In this document: positions 1-8,308 of the stretch, piece by piece
Numbering within the stretch: position 1 is the stretch's first letter
Layout of the letters: each line of letters begins with the position of its first letter
DNA from: Methanobacterium sp.
Lineage (GTDB): Archaea > Methanobacteriota > Methanobacteria > Methanobacteriales > Methanobacteriaceae
Reading direction: 5' to 3'
NCBI GenBank assembly: GCA_003166335.1
Contig: PMWA01000025.1
Coordinates: 1 to 11,002, forward strand
Length of the DNA stretch: 11,002 nucleotides
Notes under the pieces: generated by a model
What the model saw: the letters and a program-made list of their open reading frames with translations, nothing else
Told to the model about the DNA's origin: nothing
The model's database searches: none
Made by a program: the position numbers and the translations under genes

Positions 1-2
1 GC

Positions 3-566
3 GCGAATTTGGTTATCACCAGTACTGATAAATTAATGGATGGTCCAAGAGGCGGTTTAATGTCTGGAGATACGGATTTAATTGACTTAGTTAAATCGAA
101 AGCTCATCAATTTGGTTTAGAAGCTCAGACACCTTTAATTGCAGGTATGGTAAGGGCTCTGGAAGATTTCAATCCAGAGCGAATTCTTAAAGCTCAAGAG
201 ATAAGGAAAGATATATATAAAATTTTAATAAATGATTTGAAAGAAATTAATCTAACTCCCACCGGATTCATGTTATTTCCTGAAGGTTTGATGAATGAAC
301 TGAAATATTTGAATGTTAAACACTCTTTAAGTTCGAAAGAAGCTGCACACATATTAGCTATGATTCTTTTAAGGGAATATAATATAATTACTATTCCTGC
401 AGTGGGTATGCCTGGTGCTTCACCTACAATTCGTGTTGATCTAGCATCAAAGGATGCAGAACGTTTAGATAAAAATTATATTATTGATGCATTTAAGGGA
501 AGTCTCTTAAGACTTAAAAGAATCAGTAATGATGAAAAAGCTTGCAGAAAAGTATTATATGATTAA
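3..566 (+). CDS. PLP-dependent enzyme, MJ0158/UPF0425 (SelA-like) family; 5' part lies outside the window
   Basis: The frame is open from the window edge (ANLVITSTDKLMDGPRGGLM). STDK..GPRGG is a fold-type I PLP-lysine motif as in SelA-like proteins. C-terminal TIPAVGMPGASPTIR resembles the methanogen family. The TTG at 9 is internal, not the real start. Confidence 0.8.
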   Translation, partial: ANLVITSTDKLMDGPRGGLMSGDTDLIDLVKSKAHQFGLEAQTPLIAGMVRALEDFNPERILKAQEIRKDIYKILINDLKEINLTPTGFMLFPEGLMNELKYLNVKHSLSSKEAAHILAMILLREYNIITIPAVGMPGASPTIRVDLASKDAERLDKNYIIDAFKGSLLRLKRISNDEKACRKVLYD

Positions 567-617
567 AATTTCTATTGTAAGCTAGTTTCCAATTTTTCTG
601 GAGAATTTTTTTTACCC

Positions 618-1636
618 ATGAGTGAAATCGATGGATCCTATGGTGAAGGTGGAGGAGCTCTTTTACGTATATCTACAGCTCTTTCAGCTTTGACAGGTAA
701 ATCTATTCACTTAACTAATATTCGAGCAAAAAGACCTAAACAAGGACTTATGTCTCAACATTGCACGGCTTTAAAGGCAGTGGCACAGCTTACCCGGGCT
801 TAGTATGAAGGACTCAAAATATGCTCTACTGAAATTTCATTTTATCCTGGAGATCTTCAAGGCGGTGAATATCATCTGGATATAGGTACTGCCGGTAGCA
901 TAACCCTGCTTCTGCAATCATTCATGATTCCTGCAGCATTTGCAGATTCTCCAGTAAAAATCACACTCAGGGGTGGTACCGATGTACGATGGTCTCTCCC
1001 TGTTGATTACCTCCTTAATGTGACTCTGCCTATATTGGAATCTATTGGTTACCATTCAAAAATTAATCTAATTCAGAGAGGACATTACCCAAGGGGAGGT
1101 GGACTATTAAAGGTACAAAATATCTCCAATTAAGAAATTAAAACCCTTTAATCTTCAGGAACTAAAATTAGATTATATAAAAGGTATATCCCATGCAGTT
1201 AAATTGCCAGAAAATGTATGTCTTGAGGCAAGCAAAAAGTGCAGAGAAAATTCTCATAAAGGAAGGTTATGAGGCAGATATTGAAATTCAACATTCAAAT
1301 CAGGAGTTAGGCCCTGGATCAGGCATTGTTTTATGGACGGAAGGAAAGAGCAGAGTTGGCGGGAGTTCCATAGGTGAACCAGGTAAAAGGGCGGAATTGG
1401 TTGGACAGGAAGCTGTTGAAGAACTTCTATATCATATATCAAGAAATGCAGCTCTGGATAGATATATGGGTGATCATATCATCCCCTATATGGCTTTAGC
1501 TGGTGATTAAATAATAAAAACTGGAGAACTTACTCAACATGCCCTAACTAATATATATGCTGCTGAGGTTATCATTAAAAAAGAATTTAAAGTAGAGGGT
1601 AAATTAGAGAATCAAGCTATTGTAAGAGTCGATTAG
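618..1636 (+). pseudogene. rtcA: RNA 3'-terminal phosphate cyclase, disrupted
   Basis: Fragments carry RtcA motifs in order: [92 protein letters not shown]. Lesions: TAG 801-803 (frame continues), +1 near 1117-1120, +1 near 1219, TAA 1508-1510 (frame continues to TAG 1634-1636). Confidence 0.93.
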
Positions 1637-1766
1637 ATTCGAAGATAAGTTTTTGGAATCTAAAAAATAATTAGTGAGTTTTAAGCTAAGAATTAATTTT
1701 ATTCTACTAAATTTAGGTAAATCAATCATTAATTTAGTTGGAAAAAAAATTTTCAAAAATAAAAGT
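1637..1766. terminator. Convergent intergenic region with T-tracts on both strands (putative archaeal intrinsic terminators)
   Basis: Lies between the convergent rtcA and birA ends. A8 run at 1742-1749 reads as U8 on the minus transcript; T-runs also occur on the plus strand near 1650 and 1679. Confidence 0.4.
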
Positions 1767-2738
1767 TTATTTCTTCTCTTTTCTATTGATATGAGTGCAT
1801 TCTCCAGATATAACTTTCCGAAGATTACCGTTATCCATTTCTAATACAAGTCTACCATTTTTACTTATACCAATGGCTTCTCCTCTTATAACACCGCCTT
1901 TTCTACGTAATTCAACGTATTTACCAACTGTCCCGGATAGTCTGCGCCATTTATTGAGTATATAAGGAAAGTTGTCTGCTTTAAATTCATTGTAATTATC
2001 CTCAAAGTTTTGTAGGAATTTTTGTATCAGTTCAGCTCCTCTTATTTCCCGTTCCAATTCTGCTTGGAGTGAAGTTGCAGTGTCACGTAATTCTGGAGGA
2101 ATATCTATATTAAGATCAATTCCAATGCCAACTAAAACATATTCCACACCTATAATGTTTGTTTTTACTTCTGTTAATATTCCACTAACTTTTTTATTGT
2201 CGATCAATATGTCATTAGGCCATTTTATTTCCACATCTAAACCAAGTTCTTGAATTAGTGTTTCTGCAACTGCAACTCCAGTTACAAGTGTTAATTGGGG
2301 AGCTTTGTTGGGTTCCACATCAGGTCTGAGAATTATGGTCATCCATACTCCACCTGACGGTGATATCCATTTTTTCCCTCTACTACCCTTTCCACGGCGT
2401 TGTTTTCCAGCTATAACAATTGTACCTTCTGCTGCACCTTCATTAGCAAGCTTTTTCGCCACTAAATTAGTAGAATCCACTTCTTTAAAGAAATAAATTT
2501 TTTTTCCCATATAATTGGTTTGGAGGTTACTTCTAATTTCGTAAGGTAATACAATGTTGGTTTTATTTAAACGATAACCTGATTTTAGAGTATCAATAGG
2601 ATATCCTTCTTCTATTAATGATTGAATTTCATCTGAAATTTCTGTTTTTGAAATATCAATTTCAGTTGCAATATCCTCAAGAGAAATATAATCTCCTTTT
2701 TTTTTATAAAAAACATTTAATATCTGGTCTTTACTCAT
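1767..2738 (-). CDS. birA: Biotin-protein ligase with N-terminal HTH-like domain (BirA type)
   Basis: VDSTN, Q..GKGSRG..W.SP, IKWPND, KKVSGILTE, VGIGI and ATSL motifs. Lies 10 bp downstream of a biotin carboxylase gene. Confidence 0.95.
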   Translation of the reverse strand: MSKDQILNVFYKKKGDYISLEDIATEIDISKTEISDEIQSLIEEGYPIDTLKSGYRLNKTNIVLPYEIRSNLQTNYMGKKIYFFKEVDSTNLVAKKLANEGAAEGTIVIAGKQRRGKGSRGKKWISPSGGVWMTIILRPDVEPNKAPQLTLVTGVAVAETLIQELGLDVEIKWPNDILIDNKKVSGILTEVKTNIIGVEYVLVGIGIDLNIDIPPELRDTATSLQAELEREIRGAELIQKFLQNFEDNYNEFKADNFPYILNKWRRLSGTVGKYVELRRKGGVIRGEAIGISKNGRLVLEMDNGNLRKVISGECTHINRKEKK

Positions 2739-2748
2739 TTAAGCCAAC

Positions 2749-4239
2749 CTACTTTCCTTTATTTTTTGCAATGGATTTATTCATATAACTTGATACTGCC
2801 GCTGATACAGCAGCTACTTTTCTGGAGGGTAAAAATGTTGATTTAAGGCGTGTTTCCATGTCTTTATCTTCTTCTATAACCTTCAACATGTTATCCATGA
2901 TCTCATTTTTATACTCATCTACAAAGTGAGTATGAAGTTTTCCCTCATGGAAATGGGGGCTGGCCATCATGGCTTTATCGAAGGGTATGGTAGTCTTAAC
3001 TCCTAATATTATATACTCGGAAAGAGCTCTTCTCATACGACTTATTGCTTCTTCACGGTCTCTTCCCCAAACAATGAGCTTGGATATCATAGAATCATAA
3101 TAGGAAGGTATGGTATAGTTATTATAAACTCCACTATCCACTCTTACACCTAAACCACCTGGAGAACGATATCCTGTTATTTTACCCGGATTAGGGGTGA
3201 AATTATTTAGCGGATCCTCTGCATTAATTCTACATTCAATGGCATGCCCATATACTCTTATTGTATCTTGAGGGCAGCATAATTCTTCTCCACAAGCAAT
3301 TTTTATTTGTTCCTTTACGATATCAATACCTGTTATGGCTTCAGTTATAGGATGTTCCACCTGTACACGAGTGTTCATCTCCAAAAAATAGAAACTTCCA
3401 TTAGAATAAAGGAACTCAACTGTACCTGCATTAGTGTATCCTATAAAAGATGCTGCATGTACAGCCACAGAACCCATCTTTTCCCGGAGTTTTCCCGTCA
3501 TGACGGGTGAAGGCGCTTCTTCGATAAGTTTCTGATTTCTTCTCTGGATGGAGCATTCCCTTTCAGCTGCATGCATGATGTTATTATGCTCGTCTGCAAT
3601 TATTTGGAATTCAATATGTCTGGGTTCCTGAATGTATTTTTCTAAATATACTGTGGCATCACCGAATGCAGATTTCGCCAGTGATTCAGTGGAATCTATG
3701 GCTCTTAAAAGTTCATCTTCTTCCCATATGATCCGCATACCGATACCACCACCACCTGCTGAGGGTTTTAACATGATAGGGTATCCTATAGATTCAGCCA
3801 TTTTGATTGCTTCTGAAGAATTTTTTATCCCTTTTTCTGTGCCTGGCACTATGGGAACACCCGCGTTCTTCATCAACTTTCTAGCAGCTATTTTACTACC
3901 CATGGCACTTATAACTGATGATTTAGGCCCTATAAGTTTAATACCATGTTTTTCACATTCTTTTCCTAGGTTAGGGTTTTCCGCTAAAAATCCATAACCG
4001 GGGTGAATCGCTTCAGCGCCATACTTTTCTGCTGCATTAATAATCTTTTCTATATTCAAATAGCTTTTAACTGGAGCTGATTCTCCAATATTGTGTGCTT
4101 CATCGGCATATTTAGCAAAAAGTGAATTTTTATCTGCATCGGAGTAAATGGCTACGGTTTTAACTTCTAATTCTTTGCAAGCCCTCATTATTCTTATGGC
4201 AATTTCACCTCGATTAGCAATTAATATCTTGTTGAACAT
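2749..4239 (-). CDS. pycA: Biotin carboxylase; pyruvate carboxylase subunit A
   Basis: KILIANRGEIA, AIHPGYGFLAEN, GGGGIGM, RECSIQRRNQK, FLEMNTRVQVEHP, RINAEDP and YYDSMISKL motifs. pycA next to birA is the known Methanothermobacter arrangement. Confidence 0.95.
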   Translation of the reverse strand: MFNKILIANRGEIAIRIMRACKELEVKTVAIYSDADKNSLFAKYADEAHNIGESAPVKSYLNIEKIINAAEKYGAEAIHPGYGFLAENPNLGKECEKHGIKLIGPKSSVISAMGSKIAARKLMKNAGVPIVPGTEKGIKNSSEAIKMAESIGYPIMLKPSAGGGGIGMRIIWEEDELLRAIDSTESLAKSAFGDATVYLEKYIQEPRHIEFQIIADEHNNIMHAAERECSIQRRNQKLIEEAPSPVMTGKLREKMGSVAVHAASFIGYTNAGTVEFLYSNGSFYFLEMNTRVQVEHPITEAITGIDIVKEQIKIACGEELCCPQDTIRVYGHAIECRINAEDPLNNFTPNPGKITGYRSPGGLGVRVDSGVYNNYTIPSYYDSMISKLIVWGRDREEAISRMRRALSEYIILGVKTTIPFDKAMMASPHFHEGKLHTHFVDEYKNEIMDNMLKVIEEDKDMETRLKSTFLPSRKVAAVSAAVSSYMNKSIAKNKGK

Positions 4240-4350
4240 TTGTATCTCATCTTTAATTTTATTTTTAGATTATAGTTAATTTTAAAAATTGATTTTAGCC
4301 TTTAAACTATATTTAATATCTATACTCTAATTATTAATTTTTATTTTATA

Positions 4351-4370
4351 ATTTTATATATCTTTTCTTC
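4351..4370 (-). promoter_or_regulatory. Candidate BRE + TATA box for pycA-birA
   Basis: The minus strand reads GAAGAAAAGA-TATATAAAAT (purine-rich BRE followed by TATA), about 110 bp upstream of the pycA ATG. The AT-rich context lowers specificity. Confidence 0.45.
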
Positions 4371-4498
4371 ATTAAATATTAATATTGAAGTGATCTTAAC
4401 TGTTGATTGGTTGAATTTATAACTATTTAAAGAATTTCTCGTTCATAATTAGGGATAATAAATTGAAAAATAGAACTAAAAATAGGATTTTTAATTAA

Positions 4499-5122
4499 AT
4501 GATCACTAAAAAAATACATTTGGAGATGGCATTACAATCTATTCCAAGTTATCTAACTCCTAAAGTAGAGTTAGAACAATATAATACACCCGCAGGAATT
4601 GCTGCTGATGTACTGTGGAATGCATGTGCATTGGGTGATATTGAAGGATTAAAAGTGGTGGATCTAGGAACTGGCACGGGCATATTTGCCATAGGTGCTG
4701 CTCTTTTAGGTGCAATAGAAGTAGTGGGTGTGGATGCTGATCCTCAGGCTGTGGAAATTGCCCGTGTAGAAGCATCTAAAAAAGGATTAGAAGAGTTAAC
4801 CAGATTCATTTCAGTGAATATAAGAAGTTTCAATGAAAAAGCAGACACAGTGATACAGAATCCTCCATTTGGGGCTCAGAAAGCCCATCATAAAGAAGCT
4901 GACAGGTTATTCATGAGTAAATCACTTGAAATTGCCCCTGTTGTCTATTCATTCCACATGTTAGAGACTGAGGAGTTTGTGAAACGATATTTCCAATCTT
5001 CGGGTGGTTTAATTACTCACAGATTCTATTACAGTTTTCCTATTCCCCATACCCATAATTTCCATCAAAAGGATGAAGTTAGAGTTAATGTAGTGGTCTT
5101 AAGAATTAAGAAGATAGAATGA
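4499..5122 (+). CDS. METTL5-family SAM-dependent N6-adenine RNA methyltransferase
   Basis: LEQY.TP, VDLGTGTG (motif I), VIQNPPFG (NPPF motif IV), VVYSFH and C-terminal H.FH motifs. Confidence 0.9.
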   Translation: MITKKIHLEMALQSIPSYLTPKVELEQYNTPAGIAADVLWNACALGDIEGLKVVDLGTGTGIFAIGAALLGAIEVVGVDADPQAVEIARVEASKKGLEELTRFISVNIRSFNEKADTVIQNPPFGAQKAHHKEADRLFMSKSLEIAPVVYSFHMLETEEFVKRYFQSSGGLITHRFYYSFPIPHTHNFHQKDEVRVNVVVLRIKKIE

Positions 5123-5244
5123 ATTAATTATGGTTTTTTTAATCTTATGTAATAATATTGAATGAAAACTTATTTTATGATGGATTAATTTACATAAATC
5201 TATTATTTAGTAAAAAAAAAGTTAATCAAAATGAATTTACATAA

Positions 5245-5260
5245 TAATATATATATAAAT
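5245..5260 (+). promoter_or_regulatory. Candidate TATA box for the SPOUT-ribosomal protein operon
   Basis: TAATATATATATAAAT ends about 24 bp upstream of the ATG at 5284, which would give a leaderless or very short leader transcript. No strong SD precedes 5284. Confidence 0.45.
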
Positions 5261-5283
5261 GTATAGGAAACAGATTATTAAAG

Positions 5284-6096
5284 ATGGAATCAAAACATTT
5301 ATCCATCTTCATACCTGCTTCAATATTGGCCGAAACAAAAGACTTAAAGTTAAGAACTTATAAAATAGGTTTGATTGGAAGATCGGCTGCCCTGTTCCGG
5401 GTTGAAAGAATCGTAATTTACAGTGATAATTCAGAGAATAAAGAGGTAAAGTTTATTAGTGATGTTCTCACTTATATGAATACACCTCAGTACCTTAGAA
5501 AAAAGGTATTTCCTATAATTAAGGAGTTGCAATATGCTGGTATTCTACCTCCGCTACGCACTCCACATCACCCAACTGAAGAAGTCAGTCAAGGTGATTA
5601 TAGACAGGGTTTAACCATAAAACGGACAAAAAAAGGCACTATCGTTGACATTGGTGCCGACCGTCTTGCGCTGTGCAAGGAAAAACTCAGCGTAAAAAAA
5701 GTGTTAAGTTTCCGGGTATTGAAGCTTGGCAAAGAAATAGTAATTGAACCTGATAAACCTAAGGTTTATTGGGGTTATAAGACTTTATCTACTTATAAGA
5801 ATTTGCATGAAAGTATAGAAATGCTTAAACCAAAACCAGATCTGGTTATTGGAACAAGTAAATATGCTTCGCCCGTCACGTCTATTTTAGATGAAGTGAA
5901 ATATAGTTTAAATGAATCCAAACGGATAGCTATTTTGTTTGGAGGTCCATATTCATGCTTACATGATCTTATTGATCAAAAGGAATTGGACTTTGAAGTG
6001 AACACCATTCCTACTCAAGGGACTAAGACAGTTAGGACTGAAGAAGCGATTATAGCAACATTATCTGTGTTTAATTTGCTCTTAAATACAGAATAA
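5284..6096 (+). CDS. Putative SPOUT-class RNA methyltransferase (DUF171 / MTH1 / SPOUT1-like)
   Basis: TPQYLRKKVFP, AGILPPLRTPHH, YWGY, FGGP and NTIPTQGTKTVRTEEA motifs. Its position directly before rpl3 is typical for archaea. Confidence 0.92.
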   Translation: MESKHLSIFIPASILAETKDLKLRTYKIGLIGRSAALFRVERIVIYSDNSENKEVKFISDVLTYMNTPQYLRKKVFPIIKELQYAGILPPLRTPHHPTEEVSQGDYRQGLTIKRTKKGTIVDIGADRLALCKEKLSVKKVLSFRVLKLGKEIVIEPDKPKVYWGYKTLSTYKNLHESIEMLKPKPDLVIGTSKYASPVTSILDEVKYSLNESKRIAILFGGPYSCLHDLIDQKELDFEVNTIPTQGTKTVRTEEAIIATLSVFNLLLNTE

Positions 6097-6123
6097 CTCG
6101 TAAATGATACAGAATAACTCGTA
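6086..6123 (+). repeat. 17-bp perfect direct repeat ATACAGAATAACTCGTA x2
   Basis: Copies at 6086-6102 and 6107-6123 with a 4-bp spacer (AATG). The first copy contains the TAA stop of the SPOUT gene. Confidence 0.9.
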
Positions 6124-6162
6124 TATAATTTGTAAACTTGTGAATTAAGGAGGTAAATTTAA

Positions 6163-7173
6163 ATGAGTAGACATCACCAACCCAGAAAAGGATCAATTGC
6201 ATTTAGTCCTAGGAAAAGAGCGGCCAAGGAATCACCCAGAATAAGATCCTGGCCAGAAACAGATGAAACCGGGCTTCTGGGATTTCCTGGTTACAAAGTG
6301 GGAATGACCCACGTCACCATGATTGATACGACGAAAAACTCACCTACAGAGGGAATGGAAATTTCGTCACCGGTAACTATACTAGAAACACCCCCAGTAG
6401 TGGTAATGGGAATCAGGGCCTACCGAAAAGACACTCGTGGGCTGAAAACCATGAGTGACATTTTAGCAGGAGACTTGGATGAAGACCTAAAACGAAACAT
6501 AACTTTTCCTAAAGAAAATGATGTTGAATCTAAATTAAATGAACTAAAAGAAAAAATTGATGAAATAGAGGATATAAGGGTCATAGTCCATACTAAACCC
6601 CGACTTGTTAGTATTCCTAAAAAGAAACCAGACATAGTGGAATGTGGAATTGGTGGAGTTAACTTAGAGCAAAAACTAGATTATGCAATAAGTGTATTAG
6701 GAAAAGAAATAAATAATGTTGATACGTTCTCTGATGGAGAACATATTGATACTATAGCCATAACAAAGGGTAAAGGAGTTCAAGGTCCAGTTAAAAGATT
6801 CGGAGTCAGAATACAATATGGAAAGTCTGCAAGAAGCAGTAAAGAAAGAGTAGTTGGTTCTATAGGCCCATGGACACCATCAAGAACCATGTGGACAGTT
6901 GCAATGGCAGGTCAAATGGGTTATCATAAAAGAACAGAGTATAACAAGAAAATACTTAAAATAGGCGATGTATCTGACACAGAAGATATAAATCCTGCCG
7001 GTGGTTTTATAAAATACGGCTTAGTGAAAAATAACTATGTGATGTTGAAGGGTTCTATTCCTGGACCTTCTAAACGTTTAGTGATTTTAAGAAAAGCAGT
7101 CAGACCACATGGAAAGCATAATGATCCTGTTCAAATATCTCACATAAGCACAGCTTCTAAGCAAGGAGTCTAA
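6163..7173 (+). CDS. rpl3: 50S ribosomal protein L3 (uL3)
   Basis: PRKGSIAFSPRKRA, GYKVGMTH, TKGKGVQGPVKRFG and GQMGYHKRTEYNK motifs; SD GGAGGT upstream. Confidence 0.98.
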   Translation: MSRHHQPRKGSIAFSPRKRAAKESPRIRSWPETDETGLLGFPGYKVGMTHVTMIDTTKNSPTEGMEISSPVTILETPPVVVMGIRAYRKDTRGLKTMSDILAGDLDEDLKRNITFPKENDVESKLNELKEKIDEIEDIRVIVHTKPRLVSIPKKKPDIVECGIGGVNLEQKLDYAISVLGKEINNVDTFSDGEHIDTIAITKGKGVQGPVKRFGVRIQYGKSARSSKERVVGSIGPWTPSRTMWTVAMAGQMGYHKRTEYNKKILKIGDVSDTEDINPAGGFIKYGLVKNNYVMLKGSIPGPSKRLVILRKAVRPHGKHNDPVQISHISTASKQGV

Positions 7174-7247
7174 AAACTTGTATAATTATGATTCTAATTT
7201 CAAAAATTGTAACAATAATTATAATGGACTATTTAGAGTGATTTAAA

Positions 7248-8045
7248 ATGAAGAAAATCAAGATTTATTCATTAGAAGGTGAAGTAATAGGTGAAATTGA
7301 ACTTCCTGAAATATTCATGGAAGAATTCAGACCAGACCTAATTAAAAGGGCGGTTATATCTTCACAAACAGCTAAAATTCAGCCATGGGGATCAGATCCA
7401 ATGGCAGGAAAACGCACCACGGCAGAATCTTTCGGTGCCGGCCGAGGAGCAGCTATGGTTCCCCGAGTTAAAGGATCAAGACATCCAGCAGGATCTAAAG
7501 GAGCTTTTGTACCCCAGGCTGCTGGAGGTAGGAGAGCTCACCCACCAAGGGTAGCTAGAATAATACATGAAAAAATTAATAAAAAGGAAAGAAGATTAGC
7601 CATAAGATCAGCAGTGGCCGCCACAGCTAAACCAGAAATAGTTGAACAAAGAGGTCATTGCATAGAAAATCTGCCCCAATTACCTTTTATAGTTGATGAT
7701 GAACTTTCTAAAGTCAAGAAAACCAGCGAAACTCGGGAAATTTTCAAAAAACTTGGAATAATGGATGACGTAGTTAGAGCTAAATCTGGCCGTACTATAA
7801 GGGCTGGAAGAGGTAAAACTAGAGGAAGGAAATATAAATCACCTAAAGGTCCGTTATTAGTGGTTGGAGAAGATAAAGGAATTAGTAAAGGTGCAAGGAA
7901 CCATCCTGGTGTGGATATTGTAGTAGTCAATAACTTAAATGCTGAACTACTTGCTCCAGGTACCCATCCAGGTAGACTCACCATCTATACTAAATCAGCC
8001 ATAGAAAAATTAGGAGAGCTATTTACAAGTGAAGTAGGTGTATGA
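7248..8045 (+). CDS. rpl4: 50S ribosomal protein L4 (uL4)
   Basis: [32 protein letters not shown] and [11 protein letters not shown] motifs; operon order. Confidence 0.98.
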   Translation: MKKIKIYSLEGEVIGEIELPEIFMEEFRPDLIKRAVISSQTAKIQPWGSDPMAGKRTTAESFGAGRGAAMVPRVKGSRHPAGSKGAFVPQAAGGRRAHPPRVARIIHEKINKKERRLAIRSAVAATAKPEIVEQRGHCIENLPQLPFIVDDELSKVKKTSETREIFKKLGIMDDVVRAKSGRTIRAGRGKTRGRKYKSPKGPLLVVGEDKGISKGARNHPGVDIVVVNNLNAELLAPGTHPGRLTIYTKSAIEKLGELFTSEVGV

Positions 8046-8047
8046 AG

Positions 8048-8308
8048 ATGGATTCTTACTCAATAATCATGAAACCTCATTTAACAGAAAAAAGCATGAA
8101 TGCTATTGATAAAAATAATGAATTAACTTTTGTGGTAAGAAGAAACTCCCGTAAACCCCAAATAAAAAGTGCATTTGAGGATCTTTACGCAGTTAAGGTG
8201 GAAAGTGTTAATACTCAGATTAATACACGCGGAGAAAAATTGGCCTATATTAAACTTGAAGCAGAGCATAGTGCAGAAGATATAGCCGTGAAGATGGGTA
8301 TATTCTAA
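8048..8308 (+). CDS. rpl23: 50S ribosomal protein L23 (uL23)
   Basis: P..TEKSM, N.LTFVV, VNT.I...GEK.AYIKL motifs. SD-like AGGTG at 8036-8040 favours the ATG at 8048 over the one at 8042. Confidence 0.96.
   Translation: MDSYSIIMKPHLTEKSMNAIDKNNELTFVVRRNSRKPQIKSAFEDLYAVKVESVNTQINTRGEKLAYIKLEAEHSAEDIAVKMGIF

Noticed and set aside
3..566. True selenocysteine synthase (SelA) or a selenoprotein system
   Set aside because: Only a SelA-like fold motif is present. There is no tRNA-Sec, SECIS or in-frame TGA in the window, and archaea make Sec through PSTK/SepSecS.
801..803. In-frame TAG in rtcA as pyrrolysine/amber readthrough
   Set aside because: The same gene also has a TAA stop and two frameshifts, and Methanobacteriales are not known to use pyrrolysine.
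1116..1220. Programmed frameshifting in rtcA
   Set aside because: It would need two +1 shifts plus two readthrough events, and no clear slippery or stimulatory signals are present. Decay is the simpler explanation.
4240..4498. Replication origin or ncRNA in the very AT-rich divergent spacer
   Set aside because: I saw no ORB-like repeats, adjacent cdc6 or GC-rich structured segment. Divergent promoters explain the region.
6086..6123. Mini CRISPR array
   Set aside because: Only two 17-bp copies with a 4-bp spacer, and no cas genes in the window.
6130..6138. BirA operator half-site-like TTGTAAAC upstream of rpl3
   Set aside because: There is no partner half-site at the expected spacing, and the context is unrelated to biotin.
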